DNA from: a virus
Lineage: Duplodnaviria; Heunggongvirae; Uroviricota; Caudoviricetes
IMG/VR virus record: IMGVR_UViG_3300032312_000788
Span: 10,986-74,985 of that record
DNA length: 64,000 nt
Strand: one strand, 5' to 3'
The translations under genes and the position numbers were made by a program. The notes under the pieces are model-generated. The model made no database searches, was not told where the DNA came from, and worked only from the letters and a program-made list of their open reading frames with translations. Within the stretch, counting starts at the first letter, position 1, and the number at the start of each line of letters is the position of its first letter. This document shows, one piece after another, positions 57,057 through 64,000 of the stretch.

Positions 57057-57632
57057 ATGGGACGCAAATTAAATTTATTTCGTAGTCTTATCAACTGGAT
57101 TCGTAGTTTATTTGAAGAAAAAATAAATTGGGATTCTATAGATAAAAGTGGAGTAGTTCTATCAGATTATCCTGTTGTTGACAAAGGATGGATAAAAGGA
57201 TGGGTATCTGGGGAAGATGAGATTATTGTATGCAAGCACTCAAATCCAGTTGTTGGTAATTCGGTTTATGTTATTAAAGATGGGGTAAAAATCTTCAGAA
57301 AAATCGAATCCGTTGACAATACATACGCTTCCGATGATGTGTCCATATGCAAATTAACACAAAAATGGCCAGCGGGTGTAAAAATTTATAAGATAAGTAA
57401 AACTATCAAAAAAATGCAATTGATGGGAACTTTACATCAAGACAATACAATATCTCTCCGTAGAGCCCTGTTGGATGATAGAATTGTGTTTGGGACTTAT
57501 TATAATAGAGATATAATAGCTGGTGATAGTGGATTGCCTTGGTTTGTTTGGGAAGATGGAGAATTTAAAGTTTGTAGTCATTCGCATCGTGGAATGTGGG
57601 GTATCGGACCAAATTATTTTTCAATTTTTTGA
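57057..57632 (+). CDS. Trypsin-like (S1) serine protease; start revised from 57042
   Basis: IVCKH (His), DDVSICKL (Asp), AGDSGLP (Ser) in correct order; TAAATA(57046-57051)-N5-ATG. Confidence 0.7.
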   Translation: MGRKLNLFRSLINWIRSLFEEKINWDSIDKSGVVLSDYPVVDKGWIKGWVSGEDEIIVCKHSNPVVGNSVYVIKDGVKIFRKIESVDNTYASDDVSICKLTQKWPAGVKIYKISKTIKKMQLMGTLHQDNTISLRRALLDDRIVFGTYYNRDIIAGDSGLPWFVWEDGEFKVCSHSHRGMWGIGPNYFSIF

Positions 57633-57645
57633 TTAAATACAAGAA

Positions 57646-57828
57646 ATGATAACCTTTGATATAACAGTCACATATAATTTGTTGATGAATTTTCGATATG
57701 AAATAATGTCAGGTAAATTAAAAATAGGATCGGATATTCCTATGTTTTTGGTGGATGTATTGAAAAAAGATAAATATTATAACTCGTTTGTATATGATAT
57801 ATTGACGACCTACCAGATTTCTAAATAA
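57646..57828 (+). CDS. Small late protein
   Basis: TAAATA-N6-ATG; its AAA-TAA end forms the next late box. Confidence 0.55.
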   Translation: MITFDITVTYNLLMNFRYEIMSGKLKIGSDIPMFLVDVLKKDKYYNSFVYDILTTYQISK

Positions 57829-57832
57829 ATGT

Positions 57833-58417
57833 ATGAGTGATATCACAAAACAATCATACTTAAACAGAGCAAGGGAGGATAAATTCCTCTTAGTTTTTGA
57901 TGTTCCACCAATTCTAAAACCAATAGTATCCAGATATCAAAGAGATGATAATCATATAAATCCTGATTCTGTCCAATTCTCAATCTTCGGAACAATGGTT
58001 CCAGAGATTACTGTAAAAGGTGTAGAAACTAGGTATTCTGGATCTACCTTATATATATCATCATTCAGTAAAGATTCTTACCCACCTCTGAATGTTGAAT
58101 TCAAGGTAGATTCTGAATACAATAACTATTGGGTGATCTACTCTTGGTTGAATCTATTACACGATCAAGAAACTGGTATATATAACCAAAACAATATCCC
58201 TGTTGATGGTGATTTTAATGATTACATGACAGATATCACAGTATATGGATTGGATGAGTTTGGTAAGAAGCGTATTAAGTTCACATATAAGAAAGCTTTT
58301 CCTACTAGCATTAACGAAATCAAATACAATCAACAAAATTCTGAAGGAACTGAGATCACTAGCGGTTTCACATTTTTATACTCACAACTTCATACTGAAT
58401 TGGTAAGAGATTACTGA
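57833..58417 (+). CDS. gp3: Tail completion/tube terminator-like protein
   Basis: Tube-fold pattern VQFS.....VPEI, L.V.F.VD..YNNY..IY.WL, F.YK.AFPTSI. Confidence 0.65.
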   Translation: MSDITKQSYLNRAREDKFLLVFDVPPILKPIVSRYQRDDNHINPDSVQFSIFGTMVPEITVKGVETRYSGSTLYISSFSKDSYPPLNVEFKVDSEYNNYWVIYSWLNLLHDQETGIYNQNNIPVDGDFNDYMTDITVYGLDEFGKKRIKFTYKKAFPTSINEIKYNQQNSEGTEITSGFTFLYSQLHTELVRDY

Positions 58418-58453
58418 TCGAAAAAATCTACGAGAAAATAACTAAATAGTGAT

Positions 58454-60769
58454 ATGTCAACTCGTGTAATTCAGAGTCCCGGTGTCGAAATCAGGGAGCG
58501 TAGTATAGATCTTATTGCTTCTCCTAATGTGGGGACGAATGTGTTTATTGTAGGTTATTCCAATTCAGGAGTAACCGATGAAGTCATTAAGATCACCAGT
58601 AGAGATGAGCTATTAGCAATTTATGGTGCTCCAACAAATGCTGCTGAGAGATATTTTTATCATGGTGTTAAGGAATTACTAAATTCCCCAGCTAATATCT
58701 ATACATTCCGACTTCCTTATGGTGAAGGTTCTGGTTCTGGATTCGGTTCTGAGTATTCTGCCCTAGCATATCCTGTCAATTTTGTAAAAGCTGATGCTGG
58801 TGGTGTATTATCCGCTGTTGAAACCAATTTAAATCAATTATCTGGAACATATGTTCTCGGTAATCCTGTTCATGTCACTCTATCAGAAGATGAGTATCGC
58901 CAAGCTCAAGATGGTTCATTATTTACATGGGCTCAAAGCGGATCTACCCGTGCAGCCCTATCGTCTGTTTCTCAACTAGGTAAAGCAGGTATTGTTATCT
59001 TAAATAAGGCTCAAACCACAATCAATAGCCAATTTGAGGGTTATTATGTTGGTATTGGTGATAACACAAACATCAACCCAGCTTCCGACTTCAATGCGAT
59101 TGTTGGAGCTAAAACTGTTAGTGTATCTTCTAAATTTACTGGAATCGGAGCATATGACTTTACAACTATTCCAAATGGAACTCTAGAGTTTACTCTATCT
59201 TCTACTAACATCGGTGGAGTTCAAAACAGCATCTCACAAATCCTTGAAGGTCTTACAGATTACAACATCGATGGTCGTGACGATGATGACTTACTTAACA
59301 TCGGTGTATTCAAACTCCGTAAGAGCCTGTATGCTACAGAATCTTATAAACTAGACTATGTTCTAGATGGTAAGATCACTGGATCTATCGATTCTTACAG
59401 AAAACGCATCAATCCTACTGGTGGACCACAAACATCATTCTTCTTAGAGAATGTTGATGCAAATGATAGAAATGTCGAAATCTTAGTTAATCCATATCTA
59501 TCAAATAAATTTGGTGGAACTGCTTTGAATGCGTCTGGTATCCCACAAAAGAAAATTCGCGTTCTAACACGCAATTTAGCGGGTTCTTCTTCAACTGTAT
59601 CTGGTATTGCTGCTGGAGCATTCACATCTCTTGTAACCAATCTTGGTTATGCTGATAACTTATATCCAGTTGGTGCTTATTCCGATTCTCAAGTTATTTC
59701 TAAAGTTCTTGGATCAATCCCAAGCAAACTTGAACGTGCTCTAGAAGCTGTTAAGAATGATGAGATTTATGATATTGATGTAGTTGTAGAAGCTGGTCTT
59801 GGAACCATCTACGCGATGACAAAATCACAAAATCTATCATATTATGATGATACCGTGACTTACAATGCAGTCAGTGCTCTCAGAACATCCAATGCTCTCG
59901 ATTCTGCTGGAACTGATCTTCGTGGAGATTATAGCACAATCTTCAATGTATTTGAAAACTTCTGCAACCTTCCATCTAATACAGGTGGTCGTGGTGACTG
60001 TATCTTTATCGCTGACCCAATTCGTCAGATTGTGGTCCAAGGTAAGAATACCAAAGTTCTATCAGATAGAACTAAAAACTTCCAAACTGATATCTACTGG
60101 GCTATCAGACATCAATTTGAACTAGAAAATACTTCATATGCTGCAACCTACGCAAACTGGGCTCAAGTTTATGATGAATTCTTAGGAGATAAAATCTGGG
60201 TTCCATTCTCTTCTGTAGCTGGAGCTACCTATGCTCGTAATGATGCTGCTGAATTCCCGTGGTCCGCACCTGCTGGATATACCAGAGGACTTGTTAGTGG
60301 AAATGTTGTTGATATCGCAATCACACCAAACCAAAAACAACGCGATGAACTTTATAAGAGCAATCTAAACCCTGTTCTATTCAATCCATCACAAGGTATG
60401 GCAATTTTCGGTCAAAAGACTCTAAGTAAGAAACCCGGAGCAGTTGATAGAATCAATGCTCGTAGATGCTTATTCGCTCTAGAAAGACCCACGAAGAAAG
60501 CTAGTATTTTCTTCGTCTTCGAACCTAACACCGAGTTCACAAGAACACGTTTTGTAAATACCCTAACTCCAATCTTTGAATACGCTAAACGTAATGGTGG
60601 TATATACGATTACCTCATCGTAGCAGATGAGAGAGTTAATACACCAGAGGTTATCGATAATAATGAACTGAGAGCTACAATTCTAGTTAAGTTGGTGAGA
60701 ACAGCAGAATTTATAGTTGTTGAATTCGTTTCAACTCGCAGTGATGCTAACTTCAATGAATTAATCTAA
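58454..60769 (+). CDS. gp18: Contractile tail sheath protein
   Basis: SPGVEIRE, G.PT...E.YF, PW.APAG..RG, RDELYK..LNPV, GQKTL, DRINARR, VFEPN. Confidence 0.96.
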   Translation: MSTRVIQSPGVEIRERSIDLIASPNVGTNVFIVGYSNSGVTDEVIKITSRDELLAIYGAPTNAAERYFYHGVKELLNSPANIYTFRLPYGEGSGSGFGSEYSALAYPVNFVKADAGGVLSAVETNLNQLSGTYVLGNPVHVTLSEDEYRQAQDGSLFTWAQSGSTRAALSSVSQLGKAGIVILNKAQTTINSQFEGYYVGIGDNTNINPASDFNAIVGAKTVSVSSKFTGIGAYDFTTIPNGTLEFTLSSTNIGGVQNSISQILEGLTDYNIDGRDDDDLLNIGVFKLRKSLYATESYKLDYVLDGKITGSIDSYRKRINPTGGPQTSFFLENVDANDRNVEILVNPYLSNKFGGTALNASGIPQKKIRVLTRNLAGSSSTVSGIAAGAFTSLVTNLGYADNLYPVGAYSDSQVISKVLGSIPSKLERALEAVKNDEIYDIDVVVEAGLGTIYAMTKSQNLSYYDDTVTYNAVSALRTSNALDSAGTDLRGDYSTIFNVFENFCNLPSNTGGRGDCIFIADPIRQIVVQGKNTKVLSDRTKNFQTDIYWAIRHQFELENTSYAATYANWAQVYDEFLGDKIWVPFSSVAGATYARNDAAEFPWSAPAGYTRGLVSGNVVDIAITPNQKQRDELYKSNLNPVLFNPSQGMAIFGQKTLSKKPGAVDRINARRCLFALERPTKKASIFFVFEPNTEFTRTRFVNTLTPIFEYAKRNGGIYDYLIVADERVNTPEVIDNNELRATILVKLVRTAEFIVVEFVSTRSDANFNELI

Positions 60770-60774
60770 TAACT

Positions 60775-60809
60775 AAAATCCAATAAGATAAAAACTTATT
60801 GGATTTTTT
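60775..60809 (+). terminator. Intrinsic terminator after gp18
   Basis: Perfect 13-bp stem AAAATCCAATAAG/CTTATTGGATTTT, 7-nt loop, U-run. Confidence 0.8.
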
Positions 60810-60854
60810 CTTATTGGTATGTTAATTATAATTAGAAGCCAAGTTAACAAATCT

Positions 60855-62576
60855 ATGAATTTAAAAGAAGAATTAAAAAAATACCAGAACGAAAAAGGAG
60901 ATTTTAACGGTAAAAAATTAAAATTGTCGGGGTTGTTGAATTTTATAAAAAAGGAAACATCATTTTTGGATGATTATAATCCACCAAACCAAGAGCGATA
61001 TCATTGTATCTTAAATGATATAACTGAGGTATTATATTGTCCCTTGACGAAAGAAAAGTTAAAATTTTCACTGGTTAAAAAACGCTATGCTAATAATATC
61101 GAGTTTAGTCGAAAAAATAGAAAAAACGATATTCGAGTTAAAAAATTTGATTACAAAACCAGAAACGCTAATTTGTGGGAAAATATTATTCGGACGTATA
61201 AATCTAACGATTTCGAGTTATTATCGAAGGAAGAATGTTTAACGTTATATAACAATTTCACTAATAAAAAAAGTTCTGTGATATCCCTAACGAAGGCTGT
61301 TATAGAAATAAATTTGGTGTGTAGTATATTTAAACATACAGATTTCATGCAACCAGTCATCTTAAATTTGGCTGAGAGATGTTATTGTATAGAAAACAAT
61401 ATTGACAGTATACAAGTGGATTACAAAGGAATCCCACTAAAATTTAGAGATAGAACCTATGGGTATTCTGTTTATGGTAAAAAAGGAACAATGTATAATC
61501 ATAAATTAGAAAATATGAAAGAGTCTTTAGGTGAAAAATATATAGTTAATGATTTTACGAGAAATTTTTCAGATAAAGGAAGTGATATGAGTAGATTATC
61601 ATTGACCTGTAAAGTATGTGATCACACATTTTTGTCATTGTTTGCGAATGGATTGTGGAAAGATGTCGAATGTCCTAAATGTGCTGGATTTGTGGACATA
61701 TCTTTAAGCAGATCCAAAATGGAAATTCAATTGGTTAAATTTTTAAAAGACAATGCGATTACCAATATTATAGAAAATGATAGAAAGATTTTAAAAGGTT
61801 ATGAATTGGATCTATATCTACCAGATCACAATTTTGCTGTCGAATTGTGTGGTTTGGCTTGGCACTCTTTTGGAACCAGTTTTCCAAACAATTCAGATGA
61901 TGAAAAATCTAAAAAATATAGACATTTCGAGAAATATAAAAAATGTAAAAATTTGGGAATAACTCTACTCACTGTTTTTGAAAACGAATGGAAATATAAA
62001 GAAGAATTAGTAAAATCTATAATACTAAACAAATTAAATAAAAGCCCAAATAGAATATATGCCAGAAAATGCAGATTTTCGGAAGTTTCAAGCCGAGAAG
62101 GTAATAAGTTTCTGGATATTAATCATATACAAGGACATTGTTCTTATTCTGAGTCATATGGCTTATATTATAATGATGAGTTAGTTTCTTTAATGTGCTT
62201 CGGTAAAAGAAAATTGACGAGGGGTAAATGTGAATATGAGTTGATAAGATTCTGTAATAAATTGAACACCTCGGTTATTGGTGGTGCGAGTAAAATTTTA
62301 AAAAATTCTAATGTCGATAATTTTATCTCTTATTGCGATCTTAGATATAGTAATGGGAATTTGTATAAATCTCTTGGGATGGATTTGTTGAGAACCACCA
62401 CTCCGAATTACTATTACGTAAAGCATTTGACATTATATCATAGGATGAATTTTCAAAAACATAAAATATCTTTTGATAGTGATACTAGGACAGAAAGGGA
62501 AATAATGTATTCAAATGGGTATAGGAGGATTTATGATTGTGGAAATTTAGTTTTTAGTTATCGAAAGACTAAATAA
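60855..62576 (+). mobile_element. Hef-like free-standing endonuclease (Vsr/PD-(D/E)xK-type domain fused to GNAT-like domain)
   Basis: CKVC..CPKC, then ELDLYLP..NFAVELCG.AWH and VFENEW, then IYARKC..NHIQG..YELIRFC..GGASK..SYCD..YSNG..YDCG; sits between gp18 and gp19. Confidence 0.8.
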
Positions 62577-62580
62577 TTAT

Positions 62581-63147
62581 ATGGCAGTAGATATTCAAAC
62601 TTTCTATAATATAGCAGCTCAAAAGCAATTCCAAAGGGATTTCTTTCTTAGGGTTAAACAAATTCGCGCTGTAGGACTTGATCTCGACGGTGAAAATGAA
62701 CTTGTTTTTGCTAAAACAGCTAAAATTCCCGGTAGAGATATTGAGGATAAAACAGTTAGCTATAGTGGACAAATCTTTCACCTTAATGGTAGAGCAGTAT
62801 ATCCCGGATCAGAATCCTATGCGATTGAATTTTTCGCAGACCAAGAATTAGATCTTAGAACAAAACTAGAGAAAATGTCTAGGGCTACTTTCAATAATGA
62901 AACCACAACTGGTCAAATGTGTATGCCGGGACCAGAATCCTATATGATTCTTGATGTGCTTAAAGTTCCTTGTGGTCAAGGTAATCAGGGTGGACAAGGT
63001 ATGGAGGTTGTAAAAACAATTAAGCTTGTTGGAGTCAATCTTAGAACTATTGGTGAAATGAATTACTCTATTGCTGATGGAACTGGTGAGGTTGTTACTC
63101 TAAATGCAACATTTTCATATCATTGGTATGAGGATTTTAGTAACTGA
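62581..63147 (+). CDS. gp19: Tail tube protein
   Basis: F.AKTA.IPGR, Y.GQ.F.L.G, F..D..LR.KLE.M, TF.Y.WYE; TAAATA-N5-ATG. Confidence 0.85.
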   Translation: MAVDIQTFYNIAAQKQFQRDFFLRVKQIRAVGLDLDGENELVFAKTAKIPGRDIEDKTVSYSGQIFHLNGRAVYPGSESYAIEFFADQELDLRTKLEKMSRATFNNETTTGQMCMPGPESYMILDVLKVPCGQGNQGGQGMEVVKTIKLVGVNLRTIGEMNYSIADGTGEVVTLNATFSYHWYEDFSN

Positions 63148-63166
63148 TCTAAAATTATAAATTCTT

Positions 63167-63201
63167 AAATCACAATAGTCTTCGGATTATTGTGATTTTT
63201 T
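63167..63201 (+). terminator. Intrinsic terminator with C(UUCG)G tetraloop
   Basis: 14-bp stem with one G-U pair, TTCG loop, U-run after gp19. Confidence 0.9.
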
Positions 63202-63222
63202 ATTTATGTATTAAATATTCTC

Positions 63223-63825
63223 ATGGGTGGACCTAATATTGAGGAATTTTATTCAGCATTCTCAGGAGATAGACGATTTTTCTTAAATCTTCCTGTCTTA
63301 TGGACTGTAACCATCGATGGCGTGTCCACAGGTGCCATAAATAGCGTTTTAAGCGATGCTGGGGAGTCTTGGCAAGCGAAGGGTAGTCCGGGTTCATACA
63401 CTCGCTCAGGATCGATTTTAGTGGCTCAAGAGGTTGGTTTACCGAATGAATCATCTAACTTTGCAGCATTGGAATCTGGATCATCTATGGGTGGATTTTT
63501 ACCGGGATATGGGATGACATCCAGAGGTAATTTTCTCAATAGAAGCATAACCGTAAATTTTCTAGAAACTGAAATCGATATAGAACACATATTTTTTAGA
63601 CCATGGATGATTGCTGTAGGTATTAAAGGTCTGGTAGAAAGCGGTCCATCATTGAAAGGTAATATGATAGTTAAGCAATATACCAATGGAGGTAAATTTA
63701 TTAAAGGATTTCAATTTAAAAAACTATTTCCTACAGCAGTAGAGGGATACACTCTAAATTACGACAACACTGATATAAAAATCAAATCAGTAACATTCGC
63801 TTGTGAAAATTACGTTCAACTTTAA
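63223..63825 (+). CDS. Baseplate tail-tube initiator-like protein (gp54/gp48 tube fold)
   Basis: V.LPNE, ITVNFLETE, F.PWM, F.KLFPT.V, V.FA..NY; TAAATA-N5-ATG. Confidence 0.65.
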   Translation: MGGPNIEEFYSAFSGDRRFFLNLPVLWTVTIDGVSTGAINSVLSDAGESWQAKGSPGSYTRSGSILVAQEVGLPNESSNFAALESGSSMGGFLPGYGMTSRGNFLNRSITVNFLETEIDIEHIFFRPWMIAVGIKGLVESGPSLKGNMIVKQYTNGGKFIKGFQFKKLFPTAVEGYTLNYDNTDIKIKSVTFACENYVQL

Positions 63826-64000
63826 TGGATATTTGTTTTAGAGATTTGAAAAAAATCTCTCAATCACTTGAGAGAAACAATACTGAAGTTTTATTGAATT
63901 ATTTTAATTCATATGAAGGATCTAATGTTTTTGAAAAATTTAGAAATATTCTTAAATCTTGGGAGTATGATGTTTCTCCAAGCTTGAGTTTGAATTTATC
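63825..64000 (+). CDS. Hypothetical protein, 3' truncated by window edge
   Basis: TAATG overlap with the previous stop; frame open to the window end (MDICFRDLKKISQSLE...). Confidence 0.55.
   Translation, partial: MDICFRDLKKISQSLERNNTEVLLNYFNSYEGSNVFEKFRNILKSWEYDVSPSLSLNL

Noticed and set aside
27-63686. The many 60-170 aa ORFs nested antisense or out of frame within long genes
   Set aside because: Fully overlapped by genes with clear motifs; no promoter-start geometry or motif support; expected in AT-rich DNA
1-64000. Stop-codon reassignment (code 15 or 4)
   Set aside because: Core genes are full-length in code 11, and TAA, TAG and TGA are all used as real stops
1-64000. tRNA, CRISPR array, diversity-generating retroelement, integrase
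   Set aside because: No intergenic gap is long enough for an array, no cloverleaf was seen, and no RT or recombinase motifs or TR/VR pair were found; all repeats seen are coding or short

Overview
A dense, AT-rich 64 kb segment of a large T4-like myophage genome in genetic code 11. The replication/recombination module (mostly + strand, 1-23.4 kb, plus a clamp loader at 41.5 kb) contains gp47 (partial), gp46, gp43 polymerase, UvsX, gp41, gp32, gp45, gp61 and gp44. The morphogenesis module (26-64 kb) contains tail fibre/baseplate genes, gp25, gp6, gp14, gp17, a gp3-like gene, gp18, gp19 and a gp54/48-like gene. Two free-standing homing endonucleases and four glycosyltransferases are also present. 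I found no tRNA, CRISPR array, integrase or reverse transcriptase. Main non-obvious signals: (1) about 29 genes have TAAATA exactly 5-6 nt before the start codon and several others have TTGAC(A/T)-N16-TAnnnT 6-7 nt before it, implying mostly leaderless mRNAs. (2) About 12 scattered ORFs begin with a T4-like capsid-targeting/cleavage leader; one is a probable ADP-ribosyltransferase and one is a nested in-frame isoform with its own internal promoter. (3) A tail-fibre operon ends in a mucin-like Thr-rich protein plus a GT2, with LS[AGS] enriched in tail proteins, suggesting virion glycosylation. (4) A split adenine methyltransferase has its two halves in swapped order. (5) Two adjacent apparent pseudo-enzymes (DHH-DHHA1 and prohead-protease-like) sit just downstream of the helicase. 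All family assignments come from reading motifs by eye; no database search was run.
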